Assembly (NCBI GenBank): GCA_905178155.1
Contig: CAJINV010000004.1
Location: 5,477,711 to 5,541,710 of the forward strand
Reading direction: 5' to 3'
Length of the DNA stretch: 64,000 nt
Source: Amoebophrya sp. A120
Taxonomy: Eukaryota > Protista > Dinoflagellata
The notes under the pieces are model-generated. The model was not told the origin of the DNA, searched no databases, and worked only from the letters and a program-made list of their open reading frames with translations. Positions within the stretch are counted from its first letter, which is position 1; each line of letters starts with the position of its first letter. Both the position numbers and the translations under genes were made by a program. This document shows, piece by piece, positions 49,010 through 61,443 of the stretch.

Positions 49010-49270
49010 ATGCCGATTAAGGTGCACAGCGAGCACAACGCTGTAAGGATCGTGGAACTTACATGCCAGTCGACCCTATGCTGGGAAAGAATCGAAAGTG
49101 ATGCGTTACGGACCGCGCACGTGGTCGCAGGCCAGCGTGTCGCGATCACGTACTACCGAACCACAGGAGCGTTGTTGTTCCAGGGTGGTGCGGCGCAAAA
49201 TCATCTCTCCGAGACGGCCCAGGCCTTGATAGACACGCTCAAAAAGGCAATGCCGGCCGCCACGCTGTGA
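49010..49270 (+). CDS. Small element ORF with ITYYxTTGxLLxQG motif (resembles TBP-like / RNase HIII N-terminal fold)
   Basis: VAITYYRTTGALLFQG motif; ATG to TGA, 86 aa. Confidence 0.55.
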   Translation: MPIKVHSEHNAVRIVELTCQSTLCWERIESDALRTAHVVAGQRVAITYYRTTGALLFQGGAAQNHLSETAQALIDTLKKAMPAATL

Positions 49271-49356
49271 TCTTGTCCTTTTCTCGCTCGCTCGGCACAA
49301 TGAACAATCACCAGAAACATAGGAGAACTTGTGTAATGCCTTCTCATCAATTCAAG

Positions 49357-50207
49357 ATGGACTTGTACAGTATGGCCCAGCGGCAGTACATAGTGGAGCA
49401 CCACACCAGAACCGACACCAAGGAGAAGTGCGATCGGTTCATGAGCGACTTGCTCGACACCGAGTCTATCGAGGACTTCGTTGACGCCGCCGCAGAAGCT
49501 GCCCTGGGCCGAGAGTTCGGGAGCATGCCAGAAAGGTAATCTTACTGCCCTAGCCGCAAAAGAATACGGCGCGTTTGTGCGAAAAGCCCCCTCATTTGTG
49601 TGTTTTTTCAGCCCTTTCTGTGAAGCCATGTTGATGCTGTGCTCGGTATGCCAGGAAATTTTTAACAAGCAAATTGCCATTTATTTCTTGCTACAGGTAC
49701 ACTGCGAGTCGCCAAGCGAAGCGCAACAAGAAGTCGCCGGCGCGCTCTCCACCGTTGGCCCTGTGCAGCCAAAATTTGCGACGACTCGAGCAGCAAAATA
49801 CGGGCGAGAAACAGACTCTGCACAGAAATTCCGTCGTGGTGAGAGGACCCTCCGACAAGCCACATGCTGCCGCCCCCGAGCTAACCAGCGAGCAGAAGTG
49901 CGACTTACAGAATTGCGTCTCTGGCGCTGGCGGTTCTGGTTTTTATAACCAGCTCGACTTTGATGAGAAAGTGAATGCTTGGAGCGATCGATTTAATGAG
50001 CTCGCAGCGAGAAACTCCTTAGAGCTAGCAAGTGTGCCGCTAGAGCAGCTGAGCGAAGGCATCGAGAAGCGTGTTGCTCTGATGCATAAGGCAGGACACA
50101 GGCCCCGTTCTTGCAACATCGAATTGGATTACTTTGGTCAGTATCGCTTTGCAGTGCGGTACGACCAAGGCGAATATAGATTCCGCCCGGCGATCACCGA
50201 GGACTAA
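49357..50207 (+). CDS. Element accessory ORF, two exons (intron 49536-49696)
   Basis: ag|gtaat...ctacag|g joins MPER-YTAS in frame; start could be 49300. Confidence 0.65.
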
Positions 50208-50613
50208 GTAATTATAGGACTTTGTAATTGTGCAGTACGTCACTGCTGCCCCTTTTTTGTGATCCACTGCTCTCGCACCCTGTTCGCCCGCAGTTCCACA
50301 TTGATCAACCATGGGCCATGCGGCAACGCAGCAGCTTGCCATGCAGCCACACACCCAACAAGAAATAGATCTCATCGCGACGCAGCAGCTCGCAGAGAAC
50401 AAGTTCCGCGATGATCAAACAGCGGGATCAATGATCCAGCGACTCGGCAGGATCAAGCAGCAGGATCAAGCAACAGGATTGAGTCGGTTCTTTCTTTGTT
50501 GCTTGCGTTATTGCGTGCAGGCCCGAATTACACGTAATTCACCCACCAATTAGGCTGTTTATGACGGGAAGCAAACTACTATTCACAAACTCAAAGTTAA
50601 ATTATCAACAAAG

Positions 50614-53600
50614 ATGGCCAAAAACAAAAAAAAGACCGCGACACCCAAAGCCGGCGCCGCCGGCAGACGAAAAAACAGTATGGCGCTTTCTATAGCAATT
50701 TGCTGTTGCACGCTGATCAGCGCGCGCTTGTAGAAGGAAAAAATTGTTGTAAGCAATCTGTCCTGGAATATTGATTCGCCCCTACGATCAAGCCACTTGC
50801 GTCAGAAAAAATTATCAATCTCTTTCCTTCAGGTAAAGAAGATAAGCTGCAGCTACAAGAGGAGATCCGAGTAGACGAGCCAGCACCAGCGGACCAGAAG
50901 GCCGCGCACGACCCCCCTGCCACAACCCCCTTTGCCGAGCGCATGGCCGTATCGGACGAAGCAGCCGTGTACAGCGCCAAAATTCAGGAAAAAGCCGTGG
51001 ACTACGACAAATCTCAGGAAACAGCCGTGCACACCGATGCCGCTGCTACAAGCCAGCCTGCGACCGTCGAGAAGGAAACAGCCGTGCGCACCGTGGTCGA
51101 CACAGCCGTGCATCTGGCCCCCCTTCGCACCGACCCCCAACCCAACGACAAGGACGCCTTACCGCCATTAAGGAGAAGCCAGGAATTTCTGTACCAACAC
51201 CACCCGCAATTCCACGCCCCAGCGACAGGCAACATTTACAAATAGGGACGTAGTGCAGTGATTTGTGAGTGAGAGCTGTTTTTGTTTTTGGCGTGTCTTG
51301 TCCGCCCTGTGTTTGTGCTGTCCCGACTTAGTCTTGTCCACTACATCACGGCGTGTCGCGTCCGCCAGCTACCAACTGTTGTCGACGAACAACAGCTGAT
51401 GTGAGAAACAGTGTCAAGCAACAAATCTCGTTGTCGGTCCACAGAGCGCTTGCAACGGAGAATTAATTGACAGATACCCCGCTTCTCGCCCGAGACGCAC
51501 CTACGCCGTCGTCACCGAAGGTGACCAGCCTTCTCCATCTCGTACGCCCACCACCCGTATTTGACCTCCCGCTCCTGCCAAGACGCACTGTTCCAGGCAC
51601 CCCTCCGCGAACGAGCGTCGCCCTCGTGCCCCCCAAGGATCTGAGCCCAGACCCGCCATCTGAGTTCAGAATCACCGAATCCGAACTTAGCCACAGCGTT
51701 CAATTTGATCCAATGGACCACGCGATGCTACAGGAAGCGATCGACAGCGAGGACGCCATAGGTAAGGAGACCGAGGACAAGAAGACAGTGAGACTCCGCA
51801 TGAATCCCACTTCGCCGTCTACAGCTGGTATAAAAAATCGACTCTGTGTTAATCAAAATCGACTCTTGCATGCGAGCAAGGATGTATCGCATGGAATGAA
51901 ACCCGCCTTGCCTGTCATGCAATCCCCCCCCTCCCATGGTGGGCCCACGTGGCACCCTGCTACACGATGGTGTGATAATATCAAGCGCTTGGCTTTGCAG
52001 GTATCATAGATGAGCAGCCACCAGCTGAAACGCAAGAAACCGAGGCTGGCGTGCCCCCATTACCGCCTTCAGGCGACACCAAGAACAAGCTTCCCGCCCC
52101 GACAGAACCAGAGGCGCCGAAACAAACCACGACCATCGGACCGCACGATCGAGAAAGGATGGACAGCATAGTGAAGAAAATCAAAGCACAGCAGGAGGAG
52201 CGTGCGCGGGAGAGAGCCAAACAGCAACAAGCTGCTTCCTCTTCTCTCTTCGGTATCAAGAGCTCGTCGGTGCCATTTGATCAGTCGCATCCCCCGGTAC
52301 TAGGAAACTTCATCAACAGGGAAAAAACAGCTACGGCGCTCTTCCTCGGCCCGTCCCCAATCAAGAAATCTTCCTCGCCGCGCCGAGTCACCTCGACGCT
52401 CGCCGACTACAAGTTCGACCCATCACAACCGAGCATATTCGATCTGGGAAAACAAATCCGGAGCGACCAAGGAACAACTCGCAATCGATGCTCCTCGTTG
52501 GCGCCGCAGGACGACGAGTTCGACCTGTTCGGCAAACAGAGCAGCAACAAAAGCGACCACACAGCAAAGAACACAGCGACCAGCAGTACCTCCCAGCAAA
52601 AAGGCAAGGATGAGGAGGCCAAGCCAGCGACAAGCAAGGCCAATACCGAAAAGAAAACAACCGCTCGCAGCAAAAAGGCGGACACAGGAGAAAAAGCCAG
52701 CACAGGCAACAAGCGATCACGCAGCAAAAGCTCGGACCAAGAAGACGCGTCCAAAAAGTCCAGAGGACGGCCGAAGAAGCATGCGGCCCCCCCAGCGGAT
52801 AAACAGCCAGCAACATCCTCTGTCTTCGCACAACCCGCGGCAGCACTCCCACCGGTGCCGAAAGCGGAGGAGCGCACAACAGCGGAGGTACTCCCGCGAG
52901 GCATCCTGAAGAACGCCATTGCAGCCGACAGACCCACGATGCAACCCTTCAAGGTCCCGCCGTTGAAAATTGACCCAGTCGGTGATCGAAGCAAGCTCAA
53001 CAGGTTTCAGCTGGTCACAGCGCGTCTACGTCGACAGCCACCGCATGGACTACTGGGGCCGATTGCAAGAACGAGTACCAAAAGGAGCTGATGGCTACAG
53101 CATCACATTTAGCAGTGGACTCCCGTTCCAAGAAATAATGCGTCGATTCGAACTAGTACAAGTGCAACTTGACCGAGCACCATCGGCGTCGGCTCTCCGA
53201 GACCTGCAATCCAAATTGTTCATCAACGTCCACAAAGACAGGTGCCCAGCGTCCCTGGACGCTGGGGACTGGGGAGTAAGATGCTATCCGAAGAATGCGG
53301 GATTAGCACTTTTGACAGGAGCGACACGACGACCCGACTTCACCTATCCACAGCACCCAGGTGATGATGCACTTGGGCACGCGTTCACGAACAAGCATTG
53401 CAGTGACCGATACTGGAAAAGGTATATCCCCCCCCTCCCCTCTCTCTACTCTTTGTCTGTCATGCAGATCCGTGTCATGCGAATGCCACTAATGAGAGCA
53501 GACCTCTGAGCGCACATTATTGCAATATCAACCATCACACACTAATCACAGCGTGGTACGCGGCGACATACTGAGCGACGCAGTTTGCTTATCCGCCCCG

Positions 53601-56340
53601 GCGAGAGACCAGACGTCACTAACGCTAATGACGGTGATACCGAAAGACCTCAAACTCCCAGCCCACTCAGTACGATACGCCTGGTATCATGCAAAACGAG
53701 CAGGATGTGTCCCGAACTGGCTAGCAGAACACATAGAGGGACGCTTCGCGCGATATGCACAAGTGCCGATGCAAGGCGCCGTCATTGATGAACTCCACCA
53801 ATTTCCGGAAAGCCCCATGCAGTTGGAACCAACTTTGTACCTGATGTACCTCGACTGGCTGGAATTCTGCCGCATCATATGGCCGCTACACAAGGATCTC
53901 AACAGCCGGACGATGAGGGAGCACGCGAGGCACTTCCACAGGGCGGCCGTGCACCTGGGGCAGACCAACCGAAAAAGGTATTACCAGCCGAAGCATTGCA
54001 AGCCAGCAGGCGCTGAGTTCACAAAACAAAATGACCTGCTCCGGAAACTTCTGGTGGAGAATGACATGCAGGCCATGCAGCACTACGACGATCTCCATCC
54101 CATCCATCTGGACCAGCGCAAAGAAGTCCCCTTTGATCAGGTCGAAGCAACCACGTCCGAGGACGAGGACGAAGAGGATGATGGCGAGGAACTCTCGGAC
54201 GACTACATCGAAGCAGAAGAAACCAATGCCACCAGCGCAGCAGAATCTACTGCCCAATCCGAGAAAGAGGAGCCATCGGCGAAGAAACCGGTTAAGAAGC
54301 GTACATCAACAGCCGCGCGGTCCACATCTCAGCCTCGAAAAACCGCCGCTGCTACCACACGGCGCAAAAAGACGGACCCCCCGCAGGCCTCCTCGACCAC
54401 GGCAGCAGCAGTGCCCACCGTGTTAGAACAAACCACGGGTACGGCGCCCAACCGGCGACGCCGCGACAGCAGAGGCGACAGTCGCGGAAGACGACAACGC
54501 AGAAGAGACAGCAGAGGACGCGGAAGCAGAGCAACGGCTCCACACAGCAGACCAGTCCAACTAGCCGCCAACATCCTCCCATCTCATCGCACCTGCAGCC
54601 GATCTGTGTCGCCCGGCGACCCAGTCGATCGGTACAGGAGATCCTCCTTCTCGCCAGTACAAAGCACGACCTTGCTCCAGCAAACGAGTTCCAAAGGAGC
54701 TGGAAAAGGAGGAGGCGACCCATTCTCATTCACCAGGGATCGGCGACCAAGACAGCGACAACGATCACCCATAAGCATATCGTCGGCATCGCAGTCACCA
54801 GCCCAGTCCCCCAGTCGGCGCCGGCGTCACGATCGCAGCCGCCAACGACGGAACAATGAGCAGGATGATCAGGATCCGATCAGCCGCCTCATCACCGCGC
54901 TTACTGGTCGCGCCGAGTCAGCTACAGACTCGGCGCCAAGGGAGCGGTGCCGTCTCACCAACCGGAGATATTACAAAGAAGCAATCGGCATAAACTACGA
55001 CCACTACAACAACAAGACCCCGCACTTTGAAGCTGACTCCGCGCACTTCTACGTGACGGTGGGCAGTGTGACAGTGAAACTCAGCCCAGTACTGTTCTGC
55101 CACCTCATGCAAGTTGTCGACGGCCACCGCTCTTGGACCGCGGAAAAATATGCAAAGGTGAGCAACATATTCCACACATTGCACGAAGGCTCCTCTCTCA
55201 TTTCCGGAGACGACAACGATGAGCGGATTCAGAAACAAGCACTAGTAGCAATCGCGACGAATCAACCGGCCCTCGACGTGCCCTACACGCGCGCACAAGC
55301 GAAAACGAAGGTAGAAGACATGTGGACTGCCCCGATTATCGGCGCCCAGCACAAAGACCAGATGATCAGCATCCTCGTCGCCCTGTCTCTCCGACAAGCG
55401 GTCAGCGGTGCTGGACTACAACCATCGTTCTTCGGCGTCACGTATGAACTCCTCTCCACGGCCAAAAAGGAGTTCCAGGCAGCAGTGCAAGCAAGCGGCT
55501 ATCTCAACGTCTCAAGTAACTGGACAAGAAGTCGCAGATGAGCCGACATTGAAGAAAACGTTAAAAGACTTCAGTGTCGCCTCGATTGTACTGCTAACGC
55601 CTTACGTGTTCAAGCTCTGGAACCAGGATTACGAGCAATGCCACCGCATGCGGGCGTCAATCTGCAAAATTCCCAAAGCGGGGACCTGGGTGAAGATCAA
55701 CCCGGTGGTCGCATTTCACGAGGTCATCAACTTCTTGCTGCTAGAGAACCCATCGAGCAAGCCGTCCCCGGCGCAATATGTGAAGTCGTTGCAACACCTA
55801 CACATTCATTGCGGCACGGGCCACGCAGGCGGCGTCCCCCCGTCCTTCACCTCGGATTTCTCCTTCGGTACATCAGTGAGCAACACCGCAGCAGCGTCTA
55901 CTACAACAACAAAAGCTGCTACGACTACGACCACAACCACCACGGCTAAAACTAAAGCGGAGCGGCTGCGGGAGCAGAAAGCCAAGAAACAAGCCAAGAA
56001 AAAGGCGGAACAGGAGAAGAAGAAATCGTTTAAAGAACGAGGCGAAGCTCGAGCCAGCACTTTTCATGAAATTGAGAATCAGGTTATCTGTCAAATAGCT
56101 GATAGTTTTGATGGACCAGATCCAAAAGTACGGCTGCGCCAACCTGGCGTGTGCATATGCGATGTAGCTAGAGAAATGGGCTTGACACGCACAACCAAGG
56201 ATGGCAGCGAGCAGTTGACTCAATGTCGACCCAAATCTAAGCACGTCAAGGGCAAAGGCAAAGTCGCAGTTTCTCGACCATGCGAGTCACGACATAAAGA
56301 AACCAAAAAGATTGCTGCTCTGTACAAGGTGAAGGCGTAA
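50614..56340 (+). CDS. Long gag-like/low-complexity element protein region (four introns, two +1 junctions), Cys/His cluster at C-terminus
   Basis: Introns 50678-50832, 51229-51473 (GC-AG), 51828-52000 and 53422-53551 all restore frame; +1 junctions near 53.0 and 55.5 kb. May be 2-3 separate genes. Confidence 0.6.
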
Positions 56341-56661
56341 ATACCCCATCAGAACACAATATCGCCAGCGTCTTCGCGCGCAGCACAGTTGTTTGCAACC
56401 TCCGCCATTGGCTGTGGCTTTTTGTACAAAGACAAAGTAAGCAAGTGTTCCCAGCATTCAATCGCGTGTCGTGGTCATTCGGAAAATGCAGCTCTGTTAC
56501 ACGTTCGTCATCGGATCCACGAGCCCAGATCTCGTTGCACCTGTGTCGAAGCGCCAACAGTTGCAAAATAGCAGCAGCAACTCGCCATTTACGCTAGTAC
56601 TTTACCCCAAAAGCAAATGAAAATGCCACGCCTCGCCCTCTCGTGTCTCGCTGCAGTCACC

Positions 56662-59124
56662 ATGTCGCTTCTTGCCCCGACCCCGGAGGAAGTCATCGCA
56701 GACTTAGCCAAATACGCCGCGCCGTCCGATCAGGTATAAGTACAGCGCTCATGTTGGTAATCGGAAGACCTACTATGCATATCTCAGCCCCCTTCATAGG
56801 CAACGCATACTACCACCCACCACAGGAAAAACTGGAAAGGGTGGAGCGCCTCCAGATGGCCCTGGAAGACGTCCGCAGCAACTCGGTGCGACCCGAGCAA
56901 CAGGATCTCCTCGCGCAATATGAAGCAGAGCGGGCCAAGGTGCCTCATTTGCAAGCACTACACGAATTCTACGCGCGGGATCGGCCAGACATATGCAAGA
57001 CCAAAACATATGTCAAGCAGCCTCTCATGTGGTGGAACCTCGCCAAACGCCACGACTACCTCCAGCACGCCATCACGATCAACAAAGTAGTACTCGATCA
57101 GCTGGCGCCGCCCGGTCCGGAAGACGAACCACCGCTCGAAACGATGGCAGATCGGGTATATGGTCCCAAAGGTTACCTCAGCACGGGATTTCCGCACCGC
57201 GGACCGATTGAGCTATACAAAATCTGGCACAGAGCCAAGGACATGACCCCCGACGAGACCGTCCGCTACCTAAATTGCCCCACCACGCAGGAAGCAACTG
57301 ACGACGCCCTTGCCAAGCTCAATTTCACAAGGACAACTCCGCACACCTTCGAGACGCCGGAGATGCTCCAGCGCGGCTGGGACGAGCTCCAAGGCAACAT
57401 ATTCAACCCAGACGACCCGAACTCTGCCCCTGTTCTCATGCGAGCCGATGCAACACCGGAGCAGATGCTAGGGAAAACAGTCATCCCCATATTCCACATC
57501 GGCCAAAGATGGGACCACGAGAAGCAGCACTTCTCCAAGATAAGAGGAATCGCCAACGAAAAACACGCGAACAAAGTGGCGTCGGCCTACGGAGAACACA
57601 TGACGATGCCCCACCTCCCAGTCTGCATTGAGAGATGCCGCGCATGCCTCTGCCCTGGACGGGCCCCGCCCCTGGTCGAACTCAAGAAGCACCTCAGGGA
57701 ACAATTGGAGCAGGAAAGAAAGCGATCCGGCAACTGGCAGGATTGGAAGATGGTGGACGTCAACATCAAAGGGCGCACCAAGCGAGTAGGTGGCTTCACG
57801 CCATTCATCAGCAAAATTGACAAATGGCAGGCATATTTCCAACTCCCCAATAACAAACCCAGCGAATACTACATGGCAGCGTGGAACCCAAAGGAACAAC
57901 GCTACAAATTCTTCATCAACAACGCCATGTCCTTCGGCAATCTCCATTCGGTATACCATTACTGCGGAGCAGTCAGCGGCTACGTGGAAACAATGATAGA
58001 GCGATGCCTCGGCATCAGCTGCCTGCGCTATGTGGACGACGTCATCCTGTTCACCCCTGAATGGATGGCCCCAGCAGCGCGCCAGGCAGTCAAGCAGTTT
58101 CTCGGCCTCCTCGGACTCGCATCGGCCGACAGGAAAGACATCATAGCGCAACGGAATGTGCCCACCGATGTGCTAGGCGTCGACGCCACCAGCTCCGCCG
58201 ACGACGTCTCATTCGCAATGGCACCAGAAAAAGTCGCCAAAGCAGTGACCACAGTCACACGGATGCAGAGCGCGATCCTCGACAGATCGTGTGCCCTCCT
58301 CGACGTACAGCAAGCACTAGGAGTCACCTGCAGTCACATCTTCGCCAGAAGATGCCTAGACCACAGCCCCGCTGTGCGCCTACTAGCCAAGTACACAGCC
58401 CCGCGAGTCATCTCCAACCTCATCACGCAGGGCACCGATTCGCACGTGCTAGCAGTAGCAGCCATGGTTGAAGAGGCGAAGCAAGCTATCAAGGAAAATA
58501 AGCCGCTATCTCTTGCGGCGCGCCTGAATGGAGCCGCGACTGTAGAAATCTTCACTGATGCAGCAGCAGAAGGCAACGATGTATATGTTGGGGGAGTCAT
58601 CTTCACAGCCGACGAGCCAGTCCCTCTCTGTTTCTCGTACCACTTCACGCATGGCCCGAACGGGCCTCCAGGCAGCACCCAGCTTCCAGTTGGGCTTGCT
58701 ACGTGACGAGAAGATTTTTGTGTACGAACTGCTTGCAGTCTATCTCGCAGGAGAGTTCTGGCAAAACTACATCCGACACGCGAGAGGAATCAGCCACATC
58801 GACAATTGTGGCTCGGCATACGCTATCATTCGCGGAGCATCATCGGCTGTCGCCGGGTCAGTCCTGTCTTCGATGATCGCTCAACTATGGAGGGGGCTGG
58901 AATTTACTCCAGTCATTCACTACATCAACACAAAGCGCAATCCAGCGGACGCGCTGACGCGACTATCTCTGATGCAAGCATTCTTTAAGCTAACATCCGC
59001 CGATAACAGGTCCGCTGAATATGGTGAATTACTCAGGCAAGCGATCGACAATGCCGCTACTCGCATCCAAAACTTCAAGCTCAAGTACGAGGAAGCCCTC
59101 GTCAGCAAATCCACCACGGGCTAA
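56662..59124 (+). CDS. pol: Reverse transcriptase + DIRS1-type RNase H
   Basis: KIDKWQAYFQL, AMSFG, YVDD (58029-58040), VLGV; RNase H FTDAA, YELLAV, HIDN, NPADALTR. Intron 56734-56825; +1 shift inside RNase H near 58.65-58.70 kb. Confidence 0.9.
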
Positions 59125-59185
59125 AAACATAGCAAGGGACCCCGATGCACGCCTCGAGTATCAAGACCAGCTCTGGGTGTGGCCG

Positions 59186-60183
59186 ATGGAGGCGAGCTTT
59201 CCCCATCAATCTGTCAAGCAGCGGGAAGCTCATTGGACGTCGTTCGTTAGCTGGTGGAATTCATTAACCACCACCAAACCCAGCGACCGAATCTACATCC
59301 CGAAATACGGCGAACCGATGACGCACCTCCAGTGCCCCACGTTCACCTACCTGCGAGAAATTTACAGCGTCTCGGAGTTCCTCATCGAGATGGACATGAG
59401 CCGAAGCCAGGCAAATTACACCTGCGCGGTCATCTCCAGACTAAAGCAAATAGGTGCTTTTTCTTTCTTTTCGTGGCACCTTGCGTCGCTATGTGTCTTG
59501 CATCATTCGACAACTCGTGATCAAACGCATCCTCTGAATCAACAACAGGCAAAATGGAAGTCACTGACAACATGAAGCTGCTCACCAACTCCGTCAATCG
59601 GCTACGGGAGCAATTCTCTGCCGCAAAAGCCAAACCGGTGACAGCGGCCAGGGTGAAACTACTCAACCAAATAGACAAGAACATTGCACGCTTCTGGGTT
59701 TGCTCCGGACTGCGAGCTGCCTCAATGCAGTCAATCGACATCGTCAAGCCCAACACAGACGACCCAAAGTGGGCGACCGCGTTGGTGACAACCAAGTGCA
59801 GCTCAACGGTATCGCAGGTCCAATTTCCCTCCTACGTCCCAGCGAGACTCAGCGGCATGTCACTCCCCTACACCGCCGCCAAGCTAGCGCTAGCGGCCAA
59901 ACACGCAGGAACCACAGGACATGGCCCCAGAAGAACGCTTGCGTTAGTGGTACGCAAGGCAGTGGCACGTTGCAACATCAAAGAGCTCAATCAAGTTCCA
60001 AATGAGACACAAAAGCGCATTTCTCTCCATTTTGATTGGAGCAGCAACAACTGGATGACCAGTTTTCGTGGGTACACACTCGACTACAAGGATCATCTAG
60101 ACGCACCACTATTTGTGGCCAAAGAAGCCTTCAATTATCTCACAGAAGAACTTCACCAACCGATCGACAAAGATGAATATTGA
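59186..60183 (+). CDS. Tyrosine recombinase, two exons (intron 59454-59548)
   Basis: Catalytic set SGLR, TTK, HGPRR, W, FRGY. atag|gtgctt...caacag|gc joins KQIG-KMEV in frame. The frame is open from 59021. Confidence 0.82.
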
Positions 60184-60339
60184 TGGAAAAGAATTTTTTC
60201 AAAAACAAAGAGGTCAGTTTCTGTCGAACAGCGCCGACTTCGAGCGCGCTTTGCTTTTTCTTCCAAAAAAAAAATGCTCTGTCTTGTTCTTGAGCAGGGA
60301 CCACAGCACAGCGACACATCATAGGACCACGTAGTAGCC

Positions 60340-61063
60340 ATGTTGCCCTTTAAGAAGGAAAGCAGTCCGATGACGCCAGAAGAGTTCTCTCAGGATTTTG
60401 AAAAGAGTGCCGCCATCTTCTTTTACAACTACGTCTCCATGCAGAAAATAATCTCACATGATGCGTTTGTTTGTGTCCAGGCGCAGAGCGATAAATTATG
60501 GAGAGACTCGTATCGCGAGGCTATCTCTGCGTGCAAAGATGAGAAATTGAAGAAAGCACTCAATGAGCGCGCCAGCAAGATATTCCTCCGGAAATGCCTG
60601 TCCGAAGAGGAGTGCCTCGACACCACGCTTGCGCGGCTCTCCGCGTCCCGTGCCCGCTACGACGATCAGGCGACCAAGCCCGACCGGCTCCCTCTACCCC
60701 TGGACCGACGGCCGGGAAGCCGTTGACTTCATTCTCTTCTGCGACGACCGTGAATCTGCCCCCTCGCCCTCGACGCCCGCGTCTTCATCCTCCTCCTCGA
60801 AGACAACTATCGGGACCAGCGATGACACCAAGAAACAGGACACCGAGAAGAAGTATTCTTATTTTTTCTTAGGTCTTGGCCTGTTGTTGCCTGTGTTTTG
60901 GTATGCGCGCAGTCACATGCGATGCATTCGATCAGCTCAAACTCGAAACACAGGTAATTTGGCGCCCGCCCGATCACCACCGGTACCAACGGCACAACAC
61001 ACACCACAAGCACCCACCCCACACAAAAAAGGTATAGTCTCTCCCTATTTTGTGATGTCTTAG
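60340..61063 (+). CDS. Post-recombinase accessory ORF(s) with +1 junction near 60.7 kb
   Basis: ORFs 60340..60726 and 60563..61063 overlap; helical, coding-like composition. Confidence 0.5.
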
Positions 61064-61443
61064 TGATGATGCAGAACTTCACTTCTAGTTCCATGCCCCC
61101 CTCCATAACCATGCATAAGCGAAAGAACACTACAGGTGCCGACACACCGACCTACCGTGTAGTAGAACACTGCGTGTCGCCATGGTGCCTGGCAGCTGTG
61201 CCACCGGTGGAGGAAGATGTAATCGGTCGTCTCCTGGAGGATGCCAAAAAACGACTGCAGTGCACGCGAGATCTACTGAAAGAACATGCGTCGAGACTCA
61301 GCAACACTGACTCGCGCGCGCTAGTAGAAGACTTTCTCGCGATCACAACGGAAATGCGCTACTTTTTAGACCTCGCTGACCACGTCTCTCTCGTGATCCA
61401 AAAGCGACAAACCCGGACCTCAGCCTGTATGTTGTGTTTCTGA
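61063..61443 (+). CDS. Post-recombinase accessory ORF, predicted helical
   Basis: 126-aa ORF with amphipathic pattern (RLLEDAKKRLQ...ALVEDFLAITTEMRYFLDL). Confidence 0.5.
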   Translation: MMMQNFTSSSMPPSITMHKRKNTTGADTPTYRVVEHCVSPWCLAAVPPVEEDVIGRLLEDAKKRLQCTRDLLKEHASRLSNTDSRALVEDFLAITTEMRYFLDLADHVSLVIQKRQTRTSACMLCF

